From: a virus | Lineage: Duplodnaviria; Heunggongvirae; Uroviricota; Caudoviricetes | Length of the DNA: 26,134 nucleotides | Reading direction: 5' to 3' (one strand) | IMG/VR virus record: IMGVR_UViG_3300027792_000307 | Span: 128,866-154,999 of that record | Shown: one piece after another, positions 1 through 9,045 of the stretch | Numbering within the stretch: the stretch's first letter is position 1 | How the letters are laid out: every line of letters starts with the position of its first letter | Translations under genes and position numbers: made by a program | The notes under the pieces: generated by a model | Seen by the model: only the letters and a program-made list of their open reading frames with translations | The model's database searches: none | What the model was told of the DNA's origin: nothing

Positions 1-1
1 A

Positions 2-667
2 TGTACCACCAGAATATAATTGAGAAGAAACATAATTCCATCTCGAAGAACTTGCCCTAAATCTAAATCTCACATTTGATGAATTTGCATACCATGATTT
101 ATTAGAGGACCACGTCCATAATTTGTGTAGACTACCAGATGTTTTAATATTTACATTTGAACTTCCAGGGTAATTGTTATTAAGTAAAGTTGTTAAATCG
201 GATTCAGAATCGTAAAATTTAGATATAGCAACAGATGATGCAACATATAAATTATGGTCAAATCTATCGTAGACTCTTGCAGATGAATTTATAGTTTTTG
301 TTAATTTAACCCCAGAGTTATAGAAATAATGTAAATTACCACTAAAACCAGTATATTGTTGATATTGAGTCTTATTTAATGAAGAAACTGCATAATATGC
401 ATATGCACCGCTCCAAGCAACATCAGAACCACCAACAACCTCAGCCCAAGTTAATCTATTTGTTTCATCCCATTGTAAATAATATCCATCTATTGGAGCA
501 TTAGATATTTTAAGATAAGGTTCTGTAATGCTATTAGTGGATATGGCAGATGATGGTAGATAAGAAGCGTAAGCACCCCCACTAGTACCTATAACTTGGT
601 CGGCATCAACCATACCTATAAATCCATCATTTTTTGGAGCCACTTTGGCTATAAGTTCTATTGCCAT
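2..667 (-). CDS. Partial Ser-rich fibre-like virion protein (runs off the left end of the window)
   Basis: Not in the ORF track. ATG at 667 overlaps the upstream stop (TAATG) and the frame is open to the window edge: MAIELIAKVAPKNDGFIGMVDADQVIG... It shares the DVAWSGA-x-x-YY-x-VSS, FDH-x-LY-x-ASS and SSNKSxYANSSNVRFRF motifs with the 937-aa neighbour. Confidence 0.8.
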   Translation of the reverse strand, partial: MAIELIAKVAPKNDGFIGMVDADQVIGTSGGAYASYLPSSAISTNSITEPYLKISNAPIDGYYLQWDETNRLTWAEVVGGSDVAWSGAYAYYAVSSLNKTQYQQYTGFSGNLHYFYNSGVKLTKTINSSARVYDRFDHNLYVASSVAISKFYDSESDLTTLLNNNYPGSSNVNIKTSGSLHKLWTWSSNKSWYANSSNVRFRFRASSSRWNYVSSQLYSGGT

Positions 668-3480
668 TAAGTAGTCACCACCGTAGTAGAGCCGAGATTA
701 CTATTTTCTGAACGCCAAACATAATAATCCTCTGTCCATCCATTGGAATTAGTAATACTAACAGTTTCTGGATCTTCGAAACCACCTTCAAACCCACCAA
801 CCCAAAAAGTAATGGTTCCTAATCTCTTTGGAAATGCAAATAATAGATATTCACCAACCCCAGAATTTACAGCATCCCAAGTTTGAGTATTATCGTTAGT
901 TATCTCACTGTTAGCTAATCCTTCCACATCTGCCTCTGTAAATGTATCTGTTTTACTAGTAACTCCATAATACAATGGATTAATCGAAGCTACAGATGTT
1001 GTTGTAACTAGGGAAGAGTTACCAAGATTTGGAAGATTTGATGCATATACTTTATAGTTCTCTGTATAACCTGCAGAATTGACTACAGAAACATATGCAT
1101 GACCTGAAAAGGCACAAGATATACTATTAAATAAGAATCCTGTTCCACCATCACTCTCGTAATCGCTACCGCTTGGTATACTTGTATATGTTGCTGGAAA
1201 CGCAAATACTAAATATTGTCCTGCACCGGCATTAATTGAAAAACTACTAGTTTGGTCGTTACTTATTGTACCAGTTAAACTTTCTATATCAGCTTCAGAA
1301 ATTGACTTATTTTTAGTTAATACACCATAATATATGTAATTTCTAAAGTATATAGATGTTTCTGTTTCAGTGTCTGTATCTGAACCAGCTTGTGCACTCA
1401 ATCTAAAACTCAAATAATAATCTTTTGCAGCCGGATAACTTATAGCTTTTGTACTATTTGACCCAGCTGTATATGCAGGTCCAGTCATTTCTCCTATTGT
1501 ACCAGATTTAGAATAACTTGTAGTATTATATCCAATAGTTACCCAAGTTGTAGTTGGTGGTCCATTATTATATGTAGCTGTATAAGACATAGCACTTTGA
1601 GCCTTCCAAGTTCCAGTTCCTATAAGTTGTGTTGTTGATTCCCCATCACTAAATGAGGCGATTGTGAAAACAAAGGTAGCATTATAGGCTGCAGGAACCC
1701 AATTTGTTCCATTCCATTTTAAAACTTGGTCTCTTGTAGGCTCAGTAGATTTAGTGTCAACATCTTCAAGCATATTAATTTCTGCAATACCAGATTTAAA
1801 CGCTATAGAAGATATAGCGTAGAATCCAGATGCACCAGACCATGCTACATCTTCTCCACCTAATCCAGAAGCCGCATAAAGAGTATGATCAAATATATCC
1901 TTTACTCTCTGAGCTGAAGCATAAGATTTTTTAGTTAATCCAGATACAACATAGAATTGATAAGCTCCGGACCATAATCCTAATGTACTGTGGGTGTGTG
2001 AAGCTATAGAGAATATTCCCGTGCTTGTAGATATATATGCTGAATGTAGCTTTGCTCCAGAATTTGTAAAATAATGACCTAATGACGAAGGATAATATCT
2101 AGATTTTACCGCAGAACTACCTGGGAATCTTATTCTAATATTACTAGAATCTGCATAAAGTTTCTTTGCGTTAGAAGAATAATTAAATAATGAATCTACT
2201 CTTGTATCCAAATTAGACGAAATAGTATTAATTAAAGATCTTGTTACATTGGAAGATGTAATATAATCTATATGATTAAATATATCTTTTACTCTTTGAC
2301 CAGAACTATAAGCTTTCTTTGTAAGAGAGGAAACCGAATAATATCCTAATGCACCAGACCAGGCAACATCTGAAGTTGATATACTAGATGCTTTATATAA
2401 TGTATGGTCAAACAAATCTTTTACTTTTTGCCCAGATAGATATCCTTTTACTGCATTTGTGGATATATTAGTATAACCTAATACACTTAAAGATAATGCC
2501 GCACCTTGACCAGAAATTGCTCTAGTATTATCTACCCAAGGAGTTAATCCAGTGGAAGCATTAAGATAAACCCAACTGGATGTTCCACCTCCTCCCCCAG
2601 TTAAATCTGTTTGTGCTGACCAGAAATTATTTGAGACATCCCATTTTAGTACCTTTGCACTAATAGGTGTAGTCAGTTTTGAGATATTTAATCCTGCTAT
2701 TTTTCCAGATGCATTATATTTTGAAATTATACTAGACGAACCCGGGAATCTAAATCTTACATTACTAGAATTAGCATATAAAGATTTATTACTAGACCAA
2801 TTAAATAAACTATCTATACGAGTATCAATATTAGATGAAATATTATTTATTAAGTTTCTATTTACAAGTGAACTTGCTGGATATAATGACTTATTGGATG
2901 AAAAGTTGTATAAGGAGTCAATTCTTATATCAATGTTGCTAGATATAGCATTTATCAAAGACCTATTTATATTTGCACTCCCAGCAAAGATTGATAAAGA
3001 TTCGGTTTCGGTATAATATCTATTATCGTGAGTATGGGAAGAAGCTCCGTATTTATTTAGAGCGTTTGAAGACCAATTAAATAAAGAATCTATTCTTGAA
3101 TCTAAATTGGATGAAATTGAATTAATTAAATTTCTATTAACTTGTGAACTTCCAGCGTAAAGTCTCCTAGCATTTGAAGAATAATTAAAAATAGAGTCTA
3201 TTCTAGTATCTATATTGGAAGAAATAGAATCTATTAAAGCCCTGCTAACGCTAGAGCTTGCAGCAAAAAGAGATTTAGATTCCGTTTCTGTATAATATCT
3301 TGAATCGTGAATATGTAAAGTGGTATCACCACTATCAGTTAAATCTACCCATTTTGTACCCCCGGATTGTAAGTATCTTAATCTTGCATTACTAGAAGTA
3401 GCTTCGGTAAAATCAACAAAGTCATCCCAATCTTGTGATTTTATTAAATCCCCTGGAGATTTATTATCGTTAAAAGCCAT
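667..3480 (-). CDS. Tail fibre-like repeat protein (937 aa)
   Basis: HxHD-x-RYYTETE motifs (HxH metal-binding motifs of trimeric fibres), five ~35-aa ISSN(I/L)DxRIDS repeats, a fibre-type LEDVD...DQVLKWNGTNW repeat and two tandem C-terminal YYGV...YLxFAFP domains; lies downstream of the tail genes. Confidence 0.7.
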   Translation of the reverse strand: MAFNDNKSPGDLIKSQDWDDFVDFTEATSSNARLRYLQSGGTKWVDLTDSGDTTLHIHDSRYYTETESKSLFAASSSVSRALIDSISSNIDTRIDSIFNYSSNARRLYAGSSQVNRNLINSISSNLDSRIDSLFNWSSNALNKYGASSHTHDNRYYTETESLSIFAGSANINRSLINAISSNIDIRIDSLYNFSSNKSLYPASSLVNRNLINNISSNIDTRIDSLFNWSSNKSLYANSSNVRFRFPGSSSIISKYNASGKIAGLNISKLTTPISAKVLKWDVSNNFWSAQTDLTGGGGGTSSWVYLNASTGLTPWVDNTRAISGQGAALSLSVLGYTNISTNAVKGYLSGQKVKDLFDHTLYKASSISTSDVAWSGALGYYSVSSLTKKAYSSGQRVKDIFNHIDYITSSNVTRSLINTISSNLDTRVDSLFNYSSNAKKLYADSSNIRIRFPGSSAVKSRYYPSSLGHYFTNSGAKLHSAYISTSTGIFSIASHTHSTLGLWSGAYQFYVVSGLTKKSYASAQRVKDIFDHTLYAASGLGGEDVAWSGASGFYAISSIAFKSGIAEINMLEDVDTKSTEPTRDQVLKWNGTNWVPAAYNATFVFTIASFSDGESTTQLIGTGTWKAQSAMSYTATYNNGPPTTTWVTIGYNTTSYSKSGTIGEMTGPAYTAGSNSTKAISYPAAKDYYLSFRLSAQAGSDTDTETETSIYFRNYIYYGVLTKNKSISEADIESLTGTISNDQTSSFSINAGAGQYLVFAFPATYTSIPSGSDYESDGGTGFLFNSISCAFSGHAYVSVVNSAGYTENYKVYASNLPNLGNSSLVTTTSVASINPLYYGVTSKTDTFTEADVEGLANSEITNDNTQTWDAVNSGVGEYLLFAFPKRLGTITFWVGGFEGGFEDPETVSITNSNGWTEDYYVWRSENSNLGSTTVVTT
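2110..3315 (-). repeat. Intragenic ~105-bp (~35-aa) degenerate repeats in the fibre gene
   Basis: Unit approx. (V/I)NRxLINxISSN(I/L)DxRIDSL(F/Y)N(Y/W/F)SSN; four copies near the N-terminus and one at ~2115-2257. Confidence 0.85.
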
Positions 3481-3606
3481 TTATAATCCTATTAAACAAA
3501 TAAATATGAATTAAAAAAATATTAAACATAGAATCATATACTCATTTAATTAAGCGACACTGAAAAATGTTAACTGCTTTAACCAATAACATATATGACT
3601 CGTCCA

Positions 3607-3801
3607 TTAATGTCTCCTGGATTTTGATTTTCTTTCGGCTTCTTTATAAGCCTTTTCCTTTTCTTGATATTCGTAAATTATATGTTGCTCTAAGAATGCT
3701 ACACCTAGCGGGTCTCTTTTACGTAAATCACCTAATTCCATAGGAGTTTTATGTAATAGTTTACAGATTTCCATTTCTAGGTGCCCAACACCACTATTTA
3801 C
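3607..3801 (-). CDS. +1 frameshift extension of the tail assembly chaperone (gpGT-like C-terminal part, 64 aa)
   Basis: Open +1 frame entered at TCC TTT CGT (3808-3800): VNSGVGHLEMEICKLLHKTPMELGDLRKRDPLGVAFLEQHIIYEYQEKEKAYKEAERKSKSRRH*; fills an otherwise empty gap. Confidence 0.75.
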   Translation of the reverse strand, partial: VNSGVGHLEMEICKLLHKTPMELGDLRKRDPLGVAFLEQHIIYEYQEKEKAYKEAERKSKSRRH

Positions 3802-4273
3802 GAAAGGATTTCATCTCTTCTTCTGACACTGGTCCAGCTTGATTAGCTTTAATTAGTTCTGTTATAAAACTTTGTAGTGAGAAAAAGGATATTTTTGTTT
3901 TCCAAAACTCTTCATTTAGAGTTGTATCTACTGATAATTTTGCAGCTATTTTTGGCAATTGGTCGTAAACATCCAACATACGCTGGATTGACTTTTGATC
4001 CATTCTTCCTTCATACATAGCAGCTTCTGTAGATAATCTCATTATACTAATCATTTCCTCTTGGGTTGGTCTCCTAGCCTTAATAGTTCTACGAGTCTCT
4101 ATTGAGGAATTAAATACAACATTCAATAAATCTTCTTTATAATCCCGTTCTAATTTATCTCGTGTTGCTATTTGCTTCAAAATTTCTTGTAAATCCCCTT
4201 GTTCTTTCTTTTCCACTTTTTTTTCTAATTTTTCTTTTTCTAGTTCTAAAGGTGTTTTCGCTTCTTCTACCAT
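3794..4273 (-). CDS. Tail assembly chaperone (gpG-like)
   Basis: Charged helical protein directly after the tail tube genes, ending at a slippery site. Likely start is ATG 4273 (MVEEAK...) with GGTG upstream, not 4324. Confidence 0.7.
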   Translation of the reverse strand: MVEEAKTPLELEKEKLEKKVEKKEQGDLQEILKQIATRDKLERDYKEDLLNVVFNSSIETRRTIKARRPTQEEMISIMRLSTEAAMYEGRMDQKSIQRMLDVYDQLPKIAAKLSVDTTLNEEFWKTKISFFSLQSFITELIKANQAGPVSEEEMKSFRK

Positions 4274-4345
4274 AAAAACGCACCAAATGCATATAATGCA
4301 TTTAAAAAATAAAAATAAATACATACATAAAACATCTATTAGTAA

Positions 4346-4828
4346 TTACGGCCATATACTATCTGCAATGACAGTATAACTTCCAGTTCTCGATGTGGAT
4401 ATTTTATATGGATATAAAACTGTGAAGTCCACTGAACCTTCTGTTATATCTTCAGCTGACCCAAGAGTAAAGTCGAATCCTGTAACTTGGCAACTTCTTA
4501 GATAGAAGTGTAATGAATTTGTACCGCAATTACCAGATATACCAAAATTTGTACCATTAATTAAGCAACCTAGCATTACACCTAGACCCGTATTATACAT
4601 CTTACAACCAGTTAAAGAGCCTTCTGCAGTTAATGCACCGGCTATAGAATAGTTAGCTATTTCTCCCACAAGTTCTTGTTCCACGGTTCCTTTTGCTAAT
4701 GTAAGAGTAAAATCTGACACTGCAAAACTTCCGTGAGCTGTCATAGTTGTTCCTGGGGCTGCTGTACCACCTACAAACCAAATAGCTGCATCATTACCTT
4801 TATAAATTGTTGGGTTGGATTGTGCCAT
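4346..4828 (-). CDS. Tail tube (major tail) protein, paralogue 2
   Basis: 160-aa beta-rich protein after the tail terminator; N-terminal YKGNDA, DFTLT, AEGSLT and a C-terminal hairpin typical of tube folds; GGGTGA SD. Confidence 0.7.
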   Translation of the reverse strand: MAQSNPTIYKGNDAAIWFVGGTAAPGTTMTAHGSFAVSDFTLTLAKGTVEQELVGEIANYSIAGALTAEGSLTGCKMYNTGLGVMLGCLINGTNFGISGNCGTNSLHFYLRSCQVTGFDFTLGSAEDITEGSVDFTVLYPYKISTSRTGSYTVIADSIWP

Positions 4829-4834
4829 TTTTTA

Positions 4835-5323
4835 TCACCCCTTCACCGCCCCACCGGCATAAACCAATTTTTGTGGGATCATATCAATAAAATCAATACT
4901 TGCATTCGTGACGGTTCCAGCATCTCCAAGTGTCACATCATAACCAGTAACTTGGCATGATGTTAGATAGAAACTAATATATGATGCTTCCAAAGTAGAA
5001 ACATTCCCAGAAATAGCTATATATTTCGTGCTAGTCTTATATGTTCCTGTATCAACCAAGTTTTCTAATAGAATATCCAAATTTCCACCGAACTTTGACA
5101 ATGTTAATGAACCATCACAAGTAACCGATCCTCTCGCTGTATAAGGACCAGGTACTCCTATTAAAGATTGAGTAACCGTGTCACTACCGAATGTTAAAGT
5201 GAAATCACCGATTCCGTATGTATTATATGAGTAAGATGAGCTATTACTTAGAATTGGGATAGTCCCCGCGTTATGTGAACACATATATATTCTTGCGTCT
5301 CTTCCTGTTACAGTACCTACCAT
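4835..5323 (-). CDS. Tail tube (major tail) protein, paralogue 1
   Basis: VTGRDARIY start, GDFTLT, CDGSLT, FYLTSCQVTGYDVTLG; clearly homologous to 4346..4828; GAGGT SD. Confidence 0.7.
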   Translation of the reverse strand: MVGTVTGRDARIYMCSHNAGTIPILSNSSSYSYNTYGIGDFTLTFGSDTVTQSLIGVPGPYTARGSVTCDGSLTLSKFGGNLDILLENLVDTGTYKTSTKYIAISGNVSTLEASYISFYLTSCQVTGYDVTLGDAGTVTNASIDFIDMIPQKLVYAGGAVKG

Positions 5324-5364
5324 ACTTTTACCTCTTTATATTAAAATTTTAAATACATATGACA

Positions 5365-5766
5365 TTAATCTTCACTAAATCTTGTGTAAGTATATGTTTG
5401 TAGTTTTCTATACGCATTAAACGCTTCTTCATACATATCTATATCGTTCATTTTTTTACATGACCCAGAAGCTATCAATAAAGGAACAATAGCGTCTGCT
5501 ATTGAGTAAGTCTGCTTTCTGCTGGTTCTGGAATAGATATCTATGGAAAAAACAAATGTTTCTTCCCTAATTCTACTTCCAGCCGGTGAAGTTCTATAAC
5601 CAAGATAACCCTTATCCATACCTGATATTTGATTAATAATCACGCATGGGAAGTTATCCATTGTTTTCCTCCAACCAACAATTATATCTTTTTTTGGAAC
5701 TAAAGAAGTTACCGAACTTGAACTAACAATATAACTTCTAATATCAATTAATGCGTCACTTGACAT
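5365..5766 (-). CDS. Tail terminator / tail completion protein
   Basis: Position, size, and the FPCVII and FSIDIYSR motifs of lambda gpU/SPP1 gp17-like proteins. Confidence 0.75.
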   Translation of the reverse strand: MSSDALIDIRSYIVSSSSVTSLVPKKDIIVGWRKTMDNFPCVIINQISGMDKGYLGYRTSPAGSRIREETFVFSIDIYSRTSRKQTYSIADAIVPLLIASGSCKKMNDIDMYEEAFNAYRKLQTYTYTRFSED

Positions 5767-5767
5767 A

Positions 5768-6268
5768 TTAACCTAAAGAATTAATTAAATTATTCTTATA
5801 TCTTTCATATATATTAAGAACAGCATCTCTTTCAGATATCATTGCCTGTGTAAGATAAAATTTTCCCTGGATATTTCCAAGTATTTTATACCCGAAATAT
5901 TCTGTATGTCCTTCCTGTGCACCTATAGGCATAGGACCTAAAGCCGGGTCTCTATTATATATATAAAATCCACCATATTCCATCAATTTCGCATGAGGTG
6001 ATGTATAAGTTAAACTTCCTTTTATTCTTTTACCTTCAGACCAAGTTTCTATTACTTTACTATCTTCTATACTCTGTTCCTCTGCACCATATTGTACCCC
6101 ATGACCCCATATAAGATTAGAATTAAGATTCTCCATTGCCTTTAAATGGATATGTTGTAATGCTTCGGCTGTAGCTTCTATTGCATACGATTCGATTCCA
6201 CATTCTAATTTCTTTAGCTTTCTTTTCAAGTCTCCTTCTACTTTTGCTGTCATCCAAGCCGTGGTCAT
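5768..6268 (-). CDS. HK97 gp10-like neck/tail completion protein
   Basis: SPHAKLMEYGG and GKFYLTQA motifs matching the YAxxxExG / xPFLxPA pattern; position between head closure and terminator. Confidence 0.7.
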   Translation of the reverse strand: MTTAWMTAKVEGDLKRKLKKLECGIESYAIEATAEALQHIHLKAMENLNSNLIWGHGVQYGAEEQSIEDSKVIETWSEGKRIKGSLTYTSPHAKLMEYGGFYIYNRDPALGPMPIGAQEGHTEYFGYKILGNIQGKFYLTQAMISERDAVLNIYERYKNNLINSLG

Positions 6269-6603
6269 ATTTGTTCCAAGAGAACTGTTTTATGATGGGT
6301 ATTACTATCTATCATAGTTTCTCTAACTCTATATAAATCTGAACCATACACAACTCTGTCTCCGGTGTTTATATTTTCTGAATAATCCATAAAACACTTG
6401 TATTTTACATCGTCGTACTTTCCAGTAGTTAGTATAGATTCCTTATCTGACAAGTGATACAACACTGAATATGGACTAACCCTACAAGTTATACCTGTCG
6501 CAGTTTGTGTTGAATAAGAATATGCCCACTCTCCAAAATCGTTCTGAGATGAATATGGAACATTCTTATATATTTTATGAATTAACAATCCATCGAAAGA
6601 CAT
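6265..6603 (-). CDS. Head closure (stopper) protein, SPP1 gp16-like
   Basis: QNDFGEW, INTGDRVVY..DLYRV and HHKTVLL motifs; 112 aa; position. Confidence 0.75.
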   Translation of the reverse strand: MSFDGLLIHKIYKNVPYSSQNDFGEWAYSYSTQTATGITCRVSPYSVLYHLSDKESILTTGKYDDVKYKCFMDYSENINTGDRVVYGSDLYRVRETMIDSNTHHKTVLLEQI

Positions 6604-6604
6604 A

Positions 6605-7021
6605 TTAATCGTTTACTTTGTAAAAAGGCCATTTATCACTTCTAGTTCCAGCTATTTCTGCTTCTAGCATCTCTATTGCCATTGTTCTCCAAGAACTAGC
6701 TAAATCGTAGGCTGCTGATTTTCCTGAAATATTCCCACCCTTAAACAAAGAATAGGAATAATCTCCTAGTTTTTCTGTTGCTATTTGATTATATTTACTT
6801 GCTAAAGAAGGATTTTCTATTACTTTACAAGCAACTAACAGTAAAGCCGGAATTCTACCTTTTTCTGAACTTGTAATACCATAGACAACTTTTATATATT
6901 TTTCAACAGATTCTATTTTTAATAGAAGTTCTGCCGTAGATATATCATCGTAATCTAAAGGAGGAGAAAAGAAATTTCTTACCTCATATTCTGGTGCTAA
7001 AGTTGGTACGTAATCTACCAT
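6605..7021 (-). CDS. Head-tail adaptor/connector protein
   Basis: TEKLGDYSYS motif typical of gp15/YqbG-like adaptors; position after the capsid genes. Confidence 0.7.
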   Translation of the reverse strand: MVDYVPTLAPEYEVRNFFSPPLDYDDISTAELLLKIESVEKYIKVVYGITSSEKGRIPALLLVACKVIENPSLASKYNQIATEKLGDYSYSLFKGGNISGKSAAYDLASSWRTMAIEMLEAEIAGTRSDKWPFYKVND

Positions 7022-7281
7022 TAATCAGACATCTCCCCTAATTCTGGTCTTATTTTTCTAAAATCTAGTTTCTGTTTTGGCTTTATAGTAGAATCTATTG
7101 GAAATGGAGATTGCTTAACTACAAATGATTTCTCATTTGTTTTTCCTCCACCCAAAGATCCTGTTATTTCTAAAGATATAAGTTCATCCGATGTATACCC
7201 ATCTTTATCTCTCATAGCTGATATTCTATCTTTCTCGGAAGTCTTTGAAAGAAAGTTTTGGTTACCTTTACCATGTAACAT
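7021..7281 (-). CDS. Hypothetical protein (86 aa)
   Basis: Translationally coupled to both neighbours by 1-nt stop/start overlaps; carries a GGGGAG SD for the next gene. Confidence 0.7.
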   Translation of the reverse strand: MLHGKGNQNFLSKTSEKDRISAMRDKDGYTSDELISLEITGSLGGGKTNEKSFVVKQSPFPIDSTIKPKQKLDFRKIRPELGEMSD

Positions 7282-7514
7282 TATGTTCTACTGTATAATG
7301 GAATATATGCAGCTGCACCGGTTGGTCCATATGTTGAACCAGATACATAATGTATTTTAAGCCATCCTAAACAAGCCGCAGTTGACGGTGTATAAGCATT
7401 AGTCCAAGTACCTAAACCACAGTTTGTACCGTCATTGTAAACTATAAAACCTCTTCCATCCTCTGATAATTTGAATTTTTCAATTTCTAGGACTGGAATT
7501 TTTGCTCCAACCAT
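7281..7514 (-). CDS. Small putative virion (head fibre-like) protein
   Basis: GGAG SD; C-terminal GWLKI...YIPLY pattern seen at the ends of small fibre proteins; directly after the major capsid gene. Confidence 0.55.
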   Translation of the reverse strand: MVGAKIPVLEIEKFKLSEDGRGFIVYNDGTNCGLGTWTNAYTPSTAACLGWLKIHYVSGSTYGPTGAAAYIPLYSRT

Positions 7515-7539
7515 AATTTAACTCCTTTTATATAACATT

Positions 7540-7568
7540 AAAAAATAAAAAGTAGAGAGAATCTCTAC
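7540..7568 (-). terminator. Hairpin + U-tract terminator after the major capsid gene
   Basis: Minus strand GTAGAGA-TTC-TCTCTAC followed by TTTTTATTTTTT, immediately after the stop codon. Confidence 0.7.
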
Positions 7569-8543
7569 CTATTTATGATAGATGATACAGGCTGATTTTT
7601 CTTGAAGAACATCCGTACCGTATCTCATAGTACAGGATATTCCAATAAGATCGTGGATTGGGTCATCATATTGTTCAACGGTTATATCTCGTCTCATGCA
7701 AATTGTTGCGAAGTCATTCTTTGAGAATACCATAGCTGTTACATCTGAACCGGCGGTTGTATCATCCCATGTTGGGGTTGCAGAATCCGTAACTGTACCA
7801 TAGTAAGGCTTCAATCCCATAATAGTTGGGACTTTTCCTTGATTTAAAGAATTGCTTTGTCCAGCGAATGTAACATACGCTAAATTAGAATCCTGTAATA
7901 GATAGGCCTCTGCTGTTGGATGAATTAATAGAATATCTGGCATATAATTTTGTTTCTTAATTTTTGATACTGCTAGAGCTAAATCTGAAACAGAGATATG
8001 TGGTCCAGCTGGGCTCATAGTGTTTGTAGTAACTTTATATGTTCCTTGAAGCATCTGATATAATACATCTCGGTTGAGTTTATTCTCTAATCTTGAACCG
8101 GCCTTTTTAAGTTCCAATTCAACAATATCAAATAAACTATCCTCAATCAACTCATTAGTAATGAGTGGCCGAGTTCCAATTTTATTGATAGTGATATCCT
8201 GTTTGGTAAACTCCTGTGTATCAATATCAATTTTAGCTCCTTCCGCAATATTAGTTGCATAAGTTCCACTTTGTCCCTTTACGAAACGAACCGAATATGT
8301 TTTTGTGTTAATAGTAGGAACTACTTCCCTCATACATCTAGCTGGTTCTGCACCCTCTATAATAGTTTTATAAACTTCCTCTTGAACAAGTGTGGAATCA
8401 GTTATTGCCGTGTTTTCACTTTGAAGTAATGTTTTATAGGCCGCTTCTCCAATTGTTTTCTTAAATGATTCCTTCGCCATTAATTTTGAACGTTCTGCGT
8501 TCCCAGCAAATCCATATTCCAATAATTTGGTTAACTTACTCAT
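7569..8543 (-). CDS. Major capsid protein (HK97 fold)
   Basis: IAEGAKI, KIGTRPLITNELIEDSLFDI, LLIHP, TIMGLKP and C-terminal MRYGTDVLQ motifs of HK97-family capsids. Confidence 0.92.
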   Translation of the reverse strand: MSKLTKLLEYGFAGNAERSKLMAKESFKKTIGEAAYKTLLQSENTAITDSTLVQEEVYKTIIEGAEPARCMREVVPTINTKTYSVRFVKGQSGTYATNIAEGAKIDIDTQEFTKQDITINKIGTRPLITNELIEDSLFDIVELELKKAGSRLENKLNRDVLYQMLQGTYKVTTNTMSPAGPHISVSDLALAVSKIKKQNYMPDILLIHPTAEAYLLQDSNLAYVTFAGQSNSLNQGKVPTIMGLKPYYGTVTDSATPTWDDTTAGSDVTAMVFSKNDFATICMRRDITVEQYDDPIHDLIGISCTMRYGTDVLQEKSACIIYHK

Positions 8544-8602
8544 AATTTAAATCCATATATTAAAAGACAGTAAAACATAAACATAATAACATAAAGATAG
8601 AA

Positions 8603-9010
8603 TTAAACTAATAGAACTCTACAAACTGTACCATTGGTTGTATCAGCTGTAACAGTTTCTAAAGCTACTCCAACTTTTGCCCCAGCAACTGCCGTTCTTG
8701 AAGCTAAGTATCCATCTTCTGTATCTGAAGCTGCTTGTAAGTCATCACCAACTGTTGCTGCTCCAGAAATTCTAACTCTTACTATATTCCCAGGACCCCA
8801 GACTGCAAGATACTCATTATCAGTCACATCATAAGCTGATACACCAACACAACCAGTATCATCTTTGTCAGAACAAACCTTCACTTCCATAGTATCTTTT
8901 ACTTTAACTAGTTGTCCGGCTTTTATGGTACCAGAAGCTTTATAATTATATGCTGCAGCTCCTTCCTGTAAAATAATGTCATCTCCAATTGCTTTCCATG
9001 TGAGTGTCAT
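8603..9010 (-). CDS. Capsid decoration/cement protein (DUF2190-like), paralogue 2
   Basis: ASGTIKAGQLV, VGVSAYD, TVGDDL and KVGVALE motifs; lies between scaffold and major capsid genes. Confidence 0.75.
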   Translation of the reverse strand: MTLTWKAIGDDIILQEGAAAYNYKASGTIKAGQLVKVKDTMEVKVCSDKDDTGCVGVSAYDVTDNEYLAVWGPGNIVRVRISGAATVGDDLQAASDTEDGYLASRTAVAGAKVGVALETVTADTTNGTVCRVLLV

Positions 9011-9045
9011 AATTATCTCTCTTTTATTTTAACAAATATAATACA

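Noticed and set aside
667-1400. DGR variable/template repeat at the fibre C-terminus
   Set aside because: The two C-terminal domains are diverged protein-level repeats, not adenine-specific variants, and there is no reverse transcriptase in the window.
4274-4324. N-terminal extension MYLFLFFKCIICIWCVF of the chaperone
   Set aside because: Corresponds to AT-rich intergenic DNA; the SD supports ATG 4273.
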